Shown here piece by piece: positions 11,329 to 22,662 of a stretch of 54,447 bases of DNA (within the stretch, counting starts at the first letter, position 1; every line of letters begins with the position of its first letter). A model generated the notes under the pieces. The model was not told the DNA's origin, ran no database searches, and was given only the letters and a program-made list of their open reading frames with translations. The stretch lies in IMG/VR virus record IMGVR_UViG_3300006735_000044, positions 1 to 54,447 of that record; one strand, written 5' to 3'. This DNA is from a virus (Duplodnaviria > Caudoviricetes). The position numbers were made by a program, and so were the translations under genes.

Positions 11329-14300
11329 ATGGTAACAAATACAGGAAACATAAGTACATTGGGTGCTTCCCCGACTGCTCAAATAGACGATGCAACAGAT
11401 TCAATTCACTCTGCTATCATAATGTATCTTAATGCTGCTAGTGGTGAAAATAGAGCAATTAGTGGTTTTAATATTACTCAAGGAACTACAAGTAGCCATA
11501 CCCATTATGCTGTAACTGCGGGTAAAGTATTAAGATTTGGTAAACTAGAAAGTGTTCTTGCAGATGATGTAACTACCTCTTCTTCAACAGGTACTTCAAA
11601 CACTAAAGATTGGTATGGTGTACTAGTTGTTTGTGATGGGACTGAAAGCGGTGAATCTGCTAACACTCTAAAATGGAGACATGGTACTCCTGCTAGTGGA
11701 GATACATTATCAACAGGTAAATTAGATACTGCCAATATTACTGTTGCTGCAATAACAGATGGTGATATACCAATTGCAGTAGTTAAATATGTAGGGGGTT
11801 CTGATGCTAATGCAACAGATAGACCAATACAATTTTTAGGTTATTCTCAAGATACTAAAGAGTTTTCTGCTATTAGTGGCGGTGTTGAAACTATTAGAAT
11901 TAATGCTAATGGTACTATTACAAAAACAGTTTCAGGAACAGCAACAACATTAACATTACCTGCTACAACAGGTACAGTTGCATTGACTTCAGATATAGAA
12001 TATACTTCTGCAATACCAAACGCAACTGCAACTCAAACAGGTTTGGTTACATCAACTCAAATAACTAAGTTAGATGGGATTGATACTTCTGCAAATAATT
12101 ACTCATTACCAATTGCTACTGGTAGTGCTTTAGGTGGTATTAAGGTAGGAACTAATTTGAGTATTACTAACGGTGTTTTGTCTGCTACTGATAGCAACAC
12201 TGAATATTCAGTTTTTACAGGTGCAGATGGAACTAATGCAGGAACAACAGGATTAGTCACATCACCTACTGCTAGTGATAATGTAAAATTCTTAAGGGGG
12301 GATTCTACATGGGCTATTCCTACTAATACAGTATATTCCGATTATACAGGTGCAGATGGAACTAATGCAGGAGCAGCAGGTTTAGTTAAAGCGCCAGCAG
12401 CATCAGATAATGTAAAGTTCTTGAAAGGAGATGGGACATGGGGTGTACCAACTGATACTACCACAAATACTCAATTATCTAATGCAGAAGTAGAGACTGC
12501 ATACAATACTCAAGTTTCAGCAGTTAGTACACAAGAAAGAACAGATGGAACTGTAACTGATATTAGAAGATTTACACCTGCTGATATTCATAGTATGATT
12601 GATACTCATCAAAGTGATACTAATACTGATGTTACGGTTGCTAACTTGAAAGCAAGATTAGCAGGTGGCTTTGCTTTGAATGCAGTACAGATTGGAGATT
12701 CAGATGATGTAGTAACAATTCCCGGTTCATTAGTTGTTACAGGAACTACTACAACTGCTAATGTTGAAACAACTACTGTTAGTAATGGTGTTCTCTTTGA
12801 AAGTAATGCAACAGGCGACCATACAGATAAGGAAACAAAATTAATTGGTGTAACAGGATTAACAGGTGATATAACAATTACTTTACCTTCAACAACAGGA
12901 ACATTAGCGTTAGAAAATGCAAATACAACTGGTAATGCTACTACTGCAACAAATCTAGCAGGTACAACATCTGCTACTTTTGTATATGCAGGGCCAACAA
13001 CAGGTGGTGCTGCTGCACCTGCATTTAGAGCATTAGTAGATACAGATATACCAACATTAAATCAAGATACAACAGGTAATGCAGGAACAGTAACAATAAC
13101 AGATAACAATGAAACTGATGAAACTGTATATCCTGTCTTTGTAGATGGTGCAACAGGTTCACAAGGTCTTGAATCAGAAACTAAATTAAGTTACAAACCT
13201 GATACGGGTATTCTAACTTCAGTAGGTTTTGCAGGTGCTTTAACAGGAAATGTAACAGGAGATGTAACGGGTAATGCAGATACGGTTACAGCAAAGAATA
13301 GTAGTACTGTAAATACAACATTTAAACTTGCATTTGTAGATGGAACAACAGGGCCAAAAGAAATAGAAACGGATACTACATTAACTTTCAATGCTAGTAC
13401 CAATGTATTATCTTCTCCAAAGATTGAAGCGGCTAGTCAAATATCTGCTGTTGAAAGAATATTAGTAGGTAAAAATTTACAAGGTGTTGCTACATTAACA
13501 GGGGCAACTACTTTTGCGGCAAATGAATTATTCAATGCGGGTGCTTATTATAGTAATATTAGATACCCACAAATGGAATTAAAAGACACTCAATATACAG
13601 AAGCAAGATTAGTTGTTGATGCTGCTGCCGAGAGTTCAGGTGCAGGTATAGAGTATTATGGAGTAGGTGCAGTATATGCTATTGAAACTCAAAATAATCA
13701 ACATAGAGCAGGTTTAGTTTTATCACATGATGAAGATACAAATACAAGCAATCAAGATGATGATTATACTTGGGGTATTGGAAAGCAATTCTCTACCGCC
13801 GCAGGTACAGGTACGGGAACATTACAAATAGGGTTTGTTGCTGATAAAAGATACCAAGATGGATTCTTAACTAATGATGCTGATTCAGTATTTAGGGAAG
13901 ATAACTCTTATCTATCTATAACCCAAACAGGTATAGTTACTATACCGAATCAATTGAAGGCAAGTAATGGAATTACATTAACTACCAGTAATCTTACTGA
14001 AGCAGGGTCAATAAGATATGATGGTGGAAATATAGAATATTATCATGGAGGTAATTGGGTTGCTTTAGGTACTGCATCAGGTGGAGAAGTAAATCAAAAT
14101 GCTTTCAGTAATGTAGCAGTAAGTGGTCAAACAACTGTTGCGGCTGATGCTAAAACAGATACTCTTACTTTAGTAGGTGGGACTAATGTTTCTATTACAA
14201 CAACTAGTGGTACAGATACAGTTTCTTTTTCATCTACTGATGAGCATTTAGATATAGATGCTTTAATTGGTGAATCAGGCATTCATCTTACTAATGACAC

Positions 14301-17300
14301 TTTAGCATTCTATGATGCTACTGCATCTGCAAATAGAAAAATAACATTAACACAATTAATGGGTGCTGTGACTCATGGATTAATCCCAACATTACCTGCT
14401 GATAAAATTGGTAGTGGTGAATTTGGTACTAGCAGAATACCTATATTAGCACAATCTAAAATAGAAGATTTATCAACCGATTTAGCAGGTAAAGTTCCTA
14501 TTACTAGAACAGTAGCAGGTAGGGCATTGTCAAATAATCTAGCAGTTAGGGTTAATGCTGTTACAGGTAAGTTAGAATTTTATGATGGGAGTTCTACAAC
14601 AATTATACAAGATACCGCAGGTACTCCTGTTGATGTTATATTTGATAATAGAAAAACAGAATATGATGAGATTCAAGACGCTAATAATACTAAACCTGCT
14701 GACAATGCTACTGTTGGTGGAACATTAGGTTCTAGTGGAAATATATTATTAGAAGATGGTAGTACTAAGTTAACAGATACTACTGCATTAAATGCAAATA
14801 CTAATTGGTCGGATGTAGCAGGTACAGCAAACGCACCTGCAAATAACGCTACCGTTGGTGCTAGATTAGGTACTAATCTTAAAGCAGCAGATGGTTCTAC
14901 GACATTAGGTGATGCTGATGTAAAAAATGCTAATATTGCTTCTACGCATGTAGTTGGTACTGGTAAAATATTCGCTACTACTTTACCTGAAGATGGTGCT
15001 ACACGAAGTAGAACATTTAGACAAACAAGCGTACCTACTGCTGTTTCAGCAGGTGATATTTGGATTGATACCGATGATAATAATAGAATGTATCAGGCTC
15101 ATTCTGCGGGTGCAGATGAAGTTACATCAGGAGAATGGGAATCAATTGGCTTCCCTGCGGCAGAAGCAAATGCTACTGCAAGTGCAGGTACAGTTGATAC
15201 AACAGGAACAGTAAATGCAACTGAATATGCTAGATTTACAGATTCAAATACATTAGAAGCAAGAACAACAGCAGAGGTTCGTTCTGATTTAGGTATTTCA
15301 GATAATGAAATAATAGATTGGACTGCTGACCAAGGTTCTACAAATATTCATTCAGGTAATTATGATAATGACCAATTATCAACAGAGGCAGTACAAGATA
15401 TTGTAGGTAATATGTTTGAAAGTAATTCAGAAACAAGAATAGTTACTTCTTATATTGATGGTGGTGAAGGTGCAGGTAAGATACAACTAGTAGTTGCTGA
15501 CCAATCTTCTGATGACAATACAACTTATTCAATATCTGCGGTTGATGGTGATAATACTGATGAAGAAAAGATTCGATTAACTGATAGTGCAGGTGGTACT
15601 GATGATGTAGTACTTGAAGCAGGTACAGGATTAAGTATAGCAAGAAGTAGTGATAAAATTACTTTCACTAATACCGTTTCCAACACGAATGATTATGCAG
15701 AAAGCGTGTCGTTTAACACTGGTTCAGGTGTCTTTACACTGGGTAGAACGGGTTCGTTAGGTGATTTAACGGTTGATTTAGATGGTCGTTATGCCTTATC
15801 TGCGGCTAGTGGTGAATCTAATACTGCTTCTAACGTGGGTTCAGGTAGTGGTACAGAAGTAGGGGTATTCAAACAAAAAGATGGTGCTGACTTAGAATTT
15901 AAGAAATTAAAGCAAGGGTCTAATATTACTTTAACATCTAATACTAGTGATATAACTATTACTGCTACTGATACTCAATTAAGTACAACAGAAGTAACAG
16001 GTAAAGCACTAACTAATTTAAGTGTATCATCCGGTGGAGCAGTAGGTGCAACAGATTCTATATTAGTTGGTATAGGTAAGTTAGAAAATAGAGTAGCATT
16101 AAATGATGTTAAGGCAACTAATGTATCTACTAACTTAGGGATTACAGGAACAACAGGTGCAAGAACAATAACTTCTGATGGCACAAGTGCAGTAATACCT
16201 GTTGCTACTACATCTGTAAGCGGTGTAATGTCAACAGATATATTTGATGCTATTGCTCTTAATACAGCAAAGAATACTAATGTAGTAGGTAATTTAGCAG
16301 CAGTTGCAAATGGTACATCTTTAAGTATTACTACTACTAATGGTAATAATGTATCCTTGCCGTTAGCAGATACAAATAATTGGGGTGTAATATCTGATGA
16401 AATATTTGATAATATTACCGCTAACAATGCTAAGGTTAGTTATACTGATGCTTCTGCTGTTGCGGCTAATACTAATAAAGTTACAAACGTATCAACTAAT
16501 TTATCGGTAAGTAGAGATGGAACTAAATTACACGTTGTATCTTCTGACGGTACTGATGCCGAACTACCTTTAGCAGATACAAATAATTGGGGAGTTATGT
16601 CTGATGAAATGTTCGATAAACTAGATGGTATAGAAACATCTGCTGATGTAACAGATACGACAAATGTTCATTCTGCTCTTAATGCGGCAATGCCAAGTAA
16701 TGCTCTTACTATTGGTGACGGTAATACAGCAGTTTCAATTCCGGGTGATTTAACAGTAACAGGAACAGTGACTACAAATAATGTAGAGACTGTATCAACA
16801 AGTAATGGTGTAGTCTTTGAAGGTTCTACTGCTGATAATAGTGAGACAACATTAGTAGGTGGTAATCCAAGTGGGTCTAATAATGATATTACAATTACAT
16901 TACCTAATACACAAGGTACTTTAGCATTACAAAATGAAAATACTACGGGAACTGCGGGTGGTTTATCTTCTACTTTAGCAATATCAAGTGGAGGTACAGG
17001 TTCTACTACCGCTAGTGGTGCTAGAAGTAATTTAGGGTTGGGAACAGCAGCAACATTATCAGGAACAGGTGCAGTTTCTAACGGCAACGCAGGTTTAGTA
17101 ACAGGAGATGTGGTCTTTGATTATATAGCGGCACAAAACTTTGCATCTAGTGGGGCATCTAATTTCGTTGCGGGGGATATTACAGGTGCAGCAGATTTAG
17201 GAAATAATGTTGCTTCGGGAGATTCATTAATATTACACGATACATCTGAATCTGCTTTGAGAGAAATGACTATTGCTAATTTAACAACTTATTTTAATAG

Positions 17301-20300
17301 TGCTTCAATATTAACAAACTTAGCAAATACTGATACTGTTTACTCTCTTCCAACTGCCTCTTCAACTGTTTTAGGAGGTATTAAAGTTGGTTCTAATTTA
17401 ACAATTAATAATGGCGTATTATCGGGAACTCCTGATACTGTTTATACACATCCTTCACATAATGGAGATGATATAAATATAGATACAGGTGCTTTAACAG
17501 GTGCAACCGTTATATCAGATTTAGATTTTAATGTAACTACTGATACATTAGGACACGTTACAGATGCTAATGCTACAATAGCAACAAGAACATTAACATT
17601 AGCAAACTTAGGTTTTACAGGAGATGCTGACGCTACTGATGACTTAACTGCGGCAGAAATTAGAACTTTAGTTGGAACAGGTAATAGTGGTGTTGTACCC
17701 GCAGAAGGTAGTGCGGGAGAGTTTCTAAAACACGATGGTACTTTTGGTACTCCTAGTTATACTACTAATACAGATACTAATACATTTAGAACAATAGAGT
17801 TAGATACAAATGGTGATGGTTCTGCTAATAATACCTTAACTGCAACTGAAACATTAAGATTAAAGAAAGGTAGTAATATTACTTTAGCAGAAGTAGATGG
17901 TGTTGTAACTATTTCTTCTACTGATACTAATACTAACACCGAATACACAGCAGGAACTAACTTAACATTAAGTGGAACAGAGTTTAGTGTTGATGATGCA
18001 TTCTTGAAGAATGACGCTAATGATAGTACAACAGGAACAATAACTGCCGCAGGTTTTACAACAACAGGGACATGGACTTTTGACGATGCTTCAACAGGAA
18101 CAGTCGGTATTACTGCTATTCATACGGGTACTGGTTTTGCAGACAATGATACTTCTTTAATGACAGCAGGTGCTATTAAAGAAAAAATTGAAGATTATGG
18201 TTATATTACTTCATTTACTAATACCGTAGATATGGGTGATGGTTTCAAACTTAGGGATGATGATAATGATGATGTAACTGTTACTGAAAATAAATTTATC
18301 AAGTTTACTGCGGCAACAGGAACAGCAGGAACTAATGTAACAGGTTCAGGAACAACAGGCGACCCCTACATAATGGCTATTACTTTGCCTGATACAGTTT
18401 ATAGCCATCCAAACCATTCAGGTGATGTAACTTCAAGTAGTGATGGTGCAACTACTATTGCTGCTGATGCAGTAACATATGCTAAGATGCAAAATGTTGC
18501 TACTGCAAATAGAGTATTAGGAAGTTCAAGTGCAGATGGGGCAGTATCAGAAGTTCAAGTTGCTACTGCTATGATTGCTGACGATGCAGTAACTTATGCA
18601 AAATTACAACATACTGCAACAAATAATAGAGTATTAGGTGCAACATCAGCAGGTGTAATATCAGAAGTTCAAGTTAGTAATGCTATGTTAGCAGGTTCTA
18701 TTGCTGATTCTAAACTTTCTACAATTTCTACTGCTAATAAGGTTGCATTAACTGCATTAGATATAGATGGAGCGTCTGATATTGGGGCTAACTTAGTTGA
18801 TGCAGATTTAATGATTGTTGATGATGGAGCAGGTGGTACTAATAAAAAAGCAACAATGAGCAGTTTAGCCACTTATATGCAAAGTGCATTAACATTTACT
18901 AGTAATTCAGATGTAGATGTATCTGTTGATAATCTTGAAACTAGGTTAGGAGAAATAAATTCTAACGTCACCATTGGTAATGCTAATACAGTAGATACTA
19001 CTATTTCAGGAGACTTAACTGTAACAGGGGATTTATTAGTTAGTGGGGCTACTACAACATTAGATGTTGCTACATTAGCAGTAACAGATTTGAACATTAC
19101 AGTTGCTAAAGATGCTGATTCATCAGCAGCAACAAATGGAGCAGGTTTAACCTTTGGTTCAGGGTGGTCATCAGGAACTATACCAACTTTAACTTATGAC
19201 CATGGTAATACAAGATTAGCAGTTAACGTACCTTTACAGGCTACTAGTTTTGTTGGTAATGCTTCTTCTGCAACTCAAGCAACAGTTGCGACAAATGTTA
19301 CTATTACTAATAATGCTAATGCTGATGAAGACAATTTAATTCCATTTGTTCATAATGAAGAAGGTGCAGGGAGTAGAGGATTAGAAACAAATTCAGGATT
19401 CCACTACAATCCAAGTACAGGAAGATTTACTGCAACAAGTTTTGGTGGTAGTGTTGTTGGAGATTTAACAGGTAATGCTGATACTGCAACTAAATTTAAT
19501 AATACAGTTAATATTAACGGTGTTGCTTTTGATGGTTCAACAAATGTTACTGTTACTGCTGATGCTACGACTCTAACAGGTACAAGTTTGAAATCCTCAG
19601 TAGTTGGTTCTTCTTTAACAAGTGTTGGAACTATTACAACAGGTACTTGGAATGGAACTGCAATTGCTACTGCTTATATTGCAAATGATGCTATTAATAA
19701 TGATAAGATAGCGGATAATGCTGTTAGAACTGCTCAAATAGCAGATGACCAAATTACTACTGCTACTATCGCAGATGACCAAATTACTACTGCTACCATT
19801 GCTGACAATCAAATTACTAATGCAACAGTAGCAGACAATGCAATTCAATCAGACCAAATAAATGCTAATGCAGTTGTAGAAGCAAAGATTGCTGATGATG
19901 CTGTAACAGGTGCTAAGGTTAGTGGGTTTGCTATTACTAATACACAAGTTGGTGCAGGTACTTTATCAATTGAATTGGGTTCTACTGCAACAGCATTAAC
20001 TTTCAATACTCAAGCCCAAGCAGATTCATTCCCAACTTCAGGAGTTGTTGACGTTGGCGGTGAGAAAATAAAATACACTGGTAAAACAGGTGCAAGTTTA
20101 ACAGGATTGATTAGAGGCCACAAAGGAACAACTGCTGCAACTCATAATGCAAATGAGAGTGTTAAACATGAATATGCAAAACGAATTACATTAGGTGGTT
20201 CAAGAACATTAGAAGTTAAACAGTTTGAAGGTGCTGATTCTACTAATGCTACTGATTTAGCAGGTGGATTAGTACCTTATGCAGGTACAGGTGATACTGC

Positions 20301-22662
20301 TAAGTTCTTGAGAGGTGATGGAGCATGGGTTACTTTAGGTGGTGGAAGTGGAACTGTTACTTCTGTTACAGCCGGAACAGGAATGACTCAATCAGGAACA
20401 AGCACAGTTAATCCGACATTGAATGTTATTGGCGGTACAGGAATTACTGCTAATGCTGATGATATAGAAATTGATACTTCCGTTGTTGCTACACTTACAG
20501 GAACACAAACTTTGACCAACAAAACTCTAACTTCACCGACAATAGCAACCCCAACAATAACAGGAACACTTGATGAAACAGGAGACATAGATATTTCTTC
20601 TTTGTATGGTCGTCTTAATTTCAAAAAGGATAGTAATGGAAATGTGAATAACGATGCTATCTTTTTCATCAATAGTTCAGACCAATATGCAGGTGGAATA
20701 AAGTATTTCCATAGCACGAATCAACTCAGACTAATGGCTAATCAAGCCGACCAATTATACATTACAGATGGTGCTATTTATCCGCCTGTTGATAACGATG
20801 TGGATTTAGGAACTTCATCTCTCAAGTTCAAGGATTCTTTCTTTGGATTAGTAGATGCTGAAAACTTCAAAGTAAATGGAGGGCAAGGTTCTGACGGTCA
20901 AGTTCTAACTTCAACAGGAAGCGGTGTTGCTTGGGAAAATGCAGCAGGTGGTAGTGGTGATGCTGTCCTTTCAGCAACACAAACATTTAGTGGTGTTAAT
21001 ACATTTAGTGATGTTGTAAAATTATCAAACGGTAGTGTTTCTGCACCCGCATTAAGTTTTGACACTCAAACAAATCAAGGAATGTATAGAATATCAAATG
21101 GCTCAACAGGATTTACTTCATCGGGTCAATTAAAATTAACAGTTGACCCATATGGAATAACTGTTGGAGATGGAAACTCAGCAGGTTATGTCAATGCTAA
21201 GGGAACTCAAGATTTAATTCTCAGAACAAATGATGGAACTAATTCTTCTCAAATACAAATGGTAGATGGTGCTAATGGAGATATTAAAATTGACACCAAC
21301 GGTTCAGGGTCACTATTAGTTAATTATCCAACAGCACTTAATTCATTTTCTTTGATGGTAAAGGGTAGTGGTAGTCACGAAAACCCATTCCATTCAGCAT
21401 TTCACACTACATCAACAAATCAGGTTTATACTGCTGGTCAGTTTGCAGGTTTGATTTCATCAGGTACAAGAACAACAGGCTTTGGAACTCAGATAGAGTT
21501 TAGAATAGGAGAATTAAATTATGGTGGTTATGTTGCCGGAAAAATTGGGTCAAAGATGCAAGATACAGGTGATGCTAACTTTGATATGTTTTTGACTCCA
21601 ATGGGAACAGGCAATATATCGTTAGGTAATTTTACTCTTGATGCAGACCAATCGGTAGGTTCAAACGAAGATAATTATGTAATGACTTACGACCATTCAG
21701 CAGGTACTATTGGTTTAGAAGCAGCAAGTGGTGGTGGAATATCCAATGTTGTTGAAGATACTTCACCACAATTAGGTGCTAACTTAGATACTAATAGTCA
21801 TAATATTGCAATAGATGATGCACATGGTGTATTAGATGAAAATGGTAATGAACAATTAATTTTCCAAACAACGGCTAATGCTAATTCATACCTACAAGTT
21901 TGGAATGGTATTTCTGATTTAGCAACAGGGACTTTGTTTGGTAATGATGTAGTAAGTACAGAAACAGTAGGTACAGGCAGAATGACAGGACCGGGGTTAG
22001 AAGCCACAGGTTCAACAACCGATGTTGGTATGTCTTTCAAAACAAAGGGTTTGGGTCAATTTACATTCTTTTCAGATGAAACATCTGCTAGTGCTGCACC
22101 TGTTATTAGTTTAACACGCTATGTTGATGATAACCAAGTCGCAGATGACGATATATTAGGGCAGATTCAATGGATGGGTGGTCAATCTTCAATGGCTTCT
22201 CCTTTCTTACATGATTTACGGTCATATGCTAAAATAGAAGCCAATTTAGTTGATACTACTTCAGGCACGTCAGATGGTAACTTGATGTTATCCGCTATGG
22301 TTGCTAATACTCATACTGATTTATTAGAAATTGGTACTAACAAAACTAATGATACATCTGCGGGTGTTAGAGCATTTACAGGTTCAATGGTAACTTATTC
22401 AGGTACAGGTACAACTGCACTTAGTAGAGATACTCATGCAGGTGCTTATGTTAGAGCAACAGGCGCAGGTACATTTACTCTATGGGATAACCCTAAGACT
22501 GGCGACCAAGTTGTTGTTATAAGCGACCATGCAGGTACTACTACAATAGATGGATATAGTAATGATACAATTAATGGTGCTGCTAATACTACTATTACTA
22601 CACAATATAATGCTAAGACTTTCATAGCAACTTCTTCTACTACTTGGATTGCACTTGGGTGA
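11329..22662 (+). CDS. Giant mosaic tail fibre / adhesin (3777 aa)
   Basis: T/G/A/S/N/D-rich; many repeated fibre modules (KFLRGDxTW, LGGIKVG, IADDAVTYAK, GDLTVTG); C-terminal gp9/gp10-like docking domain. Confidence 0.8.
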   Translation: MVTNTGNISTLGASPTAQIDDATDSIHSAIIMYLNAASGENRAISGFNITQGTTSSHTHYAVTAGKVLRFGKLESVLADDVTTSSSTGTSNTKDWYGVLVVCDGTESGESANTLKWRHGTPASGDTLSTGKLDTANITVAAITDGDIPIAVVKYVGGSDANATDRPIQFLGYSQDTKEFSAISGGVETIRINANGTITKTVSGTATTLTLPATTGTVALTSDIEYTSAIPNATATQTGLVTSTQITKLDGIDTSANNYSLPIATGSALGGIKVGTNLSITNGVLSATDSNTEYSVFTGADGTNAGTTGLVTSPTASDNVKFLRGDSTWAIPTNTVYSDYTGADGTNAGAAGLVKAPAASDNVKFLKGDGTWGVPTDTTTNTQLSNAEVETAYNTQVSAVSTQERTDGTVTDIRRFTPADIHSMIDTHQSDTNTDVTVANLKARLAGGFALNAVQIGDSDDVVTIPGSLVVTGTTTTANVETTTVSNGVLFESNATGDHTDKETKLIGVTGLTGDITITLPSTTGTLALENANTTGNATTATNLAGTTSATFVYAGPTTGGAAAPAFRALVDTDIPTLNQDTTGNAGTVTITDNNETDETVYPVFVDGATGSQGLESETKLSYKPDTGILTSVGFAGALTGNVTGDVTGNADTVTAKNSSTVNTTFKLAFVDGTTGPKEIETDTTLTFNASTNVLSSPKIEAASQISAVERILVGKNLQGVATLTGATTFAANELFNAGAYYSNIRYPQMELKDTQYTEARLVVDAAAESSGAGIEYYGVGAVYAIETQNNQHRAGLVLSHDEDTNTSNQDDDYTWGIGKQFSTAAGTGTGTLQIGFVADKRYQDGFLTNDADSVFREDNSYLSITQTGIVTIPNQLKASNGITLTTSNLTEAGSIRYDGGNIEYYHGGNWVALGTASGGEVNQNAFSNVAVSGQTTVAADAKTDTLTLVGGTNVSITTTSGTDTVSFSSTDEHLDIDALIGESGIHLTNDTLAFYDATASANRKITLTQLMGAVTHGLIPTLPADKIGSGEFGTSRIPILAQSKIEDLSTDLAGKVPITRTVAGRALSNNLAVRVNAVTGKLEFYDGSSTTIIQDTAGTPVDVIFDNRKTEYDEIQDANNTKPADNATVGGTLGSSGNILLEDGSTKLTDTTALNANTNWSDVAGTANAPANNATVGARLGTNLKAADGSTTLGDADVKNANIASTHVVGTGKIFATTLPEDGATRSRTFRQTSVPTAVSAGDIWIDTDDNNRMYQAHSAGADEVTSGEWESIGFPAAEANATASAGTVDTTGTVNATEYARFTDSNTLEARTTAEVRSDLGISDNEIIDWTADQGSTNIHSGNYDNDQLSTEAVQDIVGNMFESNSETRIVTSYIDGGEGAGKIQLVVADQSSDDNTTYSISAVDGDNTDEEKIRLTDSAGGTDDVVLEAGTGLSIARSSDKITFTNTVSNTNDYAESVSFNTGSGVFTLGRTGSLGDLTVDLDGRYALSAASGESNTASNVGSGSGTEVGVFKQKDGADLEFKKLKQGSNITLTSNTSDITITATDTQLSTTEVTGKALTNLSVSSGGAVGATDSILVGIGKLENRVALNDVKATNVSTNLGITGTTGARTITSDGTSAVIPVATTSVSGVMSTDIFDAIALNTAKNTNVVGNLAAVANGTSLSITTTNGNNVSLPLADTNNWGVISDEIFDNITANNAKVSYTDASAVAANTNKVTNVSTNLSVSRDGTKLHVVSSDGTDAELPLADTNNWGVMSDEMFDKLDGIETSADVTDTTNVHSALNAAMPSNALTIGDGNTAVSIPGDLTVTGTVTTNNVETVSTSNGVVFEGSTADNSETTLVGGNPSGSNNDITITLPNTQGTLALQNENTTGTAGGLSSTLAISSGGTGSTTASGARSNLGLGTAATLSGTGAVSNGNAGLVTGDVVFDYIAAQNFASSGASNFVAGDITGAADLGNNVASGDSLILHDTSESALREMTIANLTTYFNSASILTNLANTDTVYSLPTASSTVLGGIKVGSNLTINNGVLSGTPDTVYTHPSHNGDDINIDTGALTGATVISDLDFNVTTDTLGHVTDANATIATRTLTLANLGFTGDADATDDLTAAEIRTLVGTGNSGVVPAEGSAGEFLKHDGTFGTPSYTTNTDTNTFRTIELDTNGDGSANNTLTATETLRLKKGSNITLAEVDGVVTISSTDTNTNTEYTAGTNLTLSGTEFSVDDAFLKNDANDSTTGTITAAGFTTTGTWTFDDASTGTVGITAIHTGTGFADNDTSLMTAGAIKEKIEDYGYITSFTNTVDMGDGFKLRDDDNDDVTVTENKFIKFTAATGTAGTNVTGSGTTGDPYIMAITLPDTVYSHPNHSGDVTSSSDGATTIAADAVTYAKMQNVATANRVLGSSSADGAVSEVQVATAMIADDAVTYAKLQHTATNNRVLGATSAGVISEVQVSNAMLAGSIADSKLSTISTANKVALTALDIDGASDIGANLVDADLMIVDDGAGGTNKKATMSSLATYMQSALTFTSNSDVDVSVDNLETRLGEINSNVTIGNANTVDTTISGDLTVTGDLLVSGATTTLDVATLAVTDLNITVAKDADSSAATNGAGLTFGSGWSSGTIPTLTYDHGNTRLAVNVPLQATSFVGNASSATQATVATNVTITNNANADEDNLIPFVHNEEGAGSRGLETNSGFHYNPSTGRFTATSFGGSVVGDLTGNADTATKFNNTVNINGVAFDGSTNVTVTADATTLTGTSLKSSVVGSSLTSVGTITTGTWNGTAIATAYIANDAINNDKIADNAVRTAQIADDQITTATIADDQITTATIADNQITNATVADNAIQSDQINANAVVEAKIADDAVTGAKVSGFAITNTQVGAGTLSIELGSTATALTFNTQAQADSFPTSGVVDVGGEKIKYTGKTGASLTGLIRGHKGTTAATHNANESVKHEYAKRITLGGSRTLEVKQFEGADSTNATDLAGGLVPYAGTGDTAKFLRGDGAWVTLGGGSGTVTSVTAGTGMTQSGTSTVNPTLNVIGGTGITANADDIEIDTSVVATLTGTQTLTNKTLTSPTIATPTITGTLDETGDIDISSLYGRLNFKKDSNGNVNNDAIFFINSSDQYAGGIKYFHSTNQLRLMANQADQLYITDGAIYPPVDNDVDLGTSSLKFKDSFFGLVDAENFKVNGGQGSDGQVLTSTGSGVAWENAAGGSGDAVLSATQTFSGVNTFSDVVKLSNGSVSAPALSFDTQTNQGMYRISNGSTGFTSSGQLKLTVDPYGITVGDGNSAGYVNAKGTQDLILRTNDGTNSSQIQMVDGANGDIKIDTNGSGSLLVNYPTALNSFSLMVKGSGSHENPFHSAFHTTSTNQVYTAGQFAGLISSGTRTTGFGTQIEFRIGELNYGGYVAGKIGSKMQDTGDANFDMFLTPMGTGNISLGNFTLDADQSVGSNEDNYVMTYDHSAGTIGLEAASGGGISNVVEDTSPQLGANLDTNSHNIAIDDAHGVLDENGNEQLIFQTTANANSYLQVWNGISDLATGTLFGNDVVSTETVGTGRMTGPGLEATGSTTDVGMSFKTKGLGQFTFFSDETSASAAPVISLTRYVDDNQVADDDILGQIQWMGGQSSMASPFLHDLRSYAKIEANLVDTTSGTSDGNLMLSAMVANTHTDLLEIGTNKTNDTSAGVRAFTGSMVTYSGTGTTALSRDTHAGAYVRATGAGTFTLWDNPKTGDQVVVISDHAGTTTIDGYSNDTINGAANTTITTQYNAKTFIATSSTTWIALG
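12216..12372 (+). repeat. 28-nt identical direct repeat pair (TACAGGTGCAGATGGAACTAATGCAGGA), 129-nt period, inside fibre gene
   Basis: Copies at 12216-12243 and 12345-12372, encoding tandem TGADGTNAG...SDNVKFLxGDxTW modules. Confidence 0.85.
16363..16592 (+). repeat. 23-nt direct repeat pair (TTAGCAGATACAAATAATTGGGG), 207-nt period, inside fibre gene
   Basis: Copies at 16363 and 16570; encode LPLADTNNWGV(I/M)SDE(I/M)FD. Confidence 0.85.
19681..19920 (+). repeat. 30-nt (10-aa) tandem repeats, IADDQITTAT type, inside fibre gene
   Basis: GCAGATGACCAAATTACTACTGCTAC repeated at 19741 and 19771 with degenerate copies on both sides. Confidence 0.85.

Noticed and set aside
11329-22662. Direct repeats in the fibre gene as a CRISPR array or DGR template/variable repeat
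   Set aside because: Repeats are in-frame coding modules; there is no reverse transcriptase in the window and no evident adenine-specific mismatch pattern
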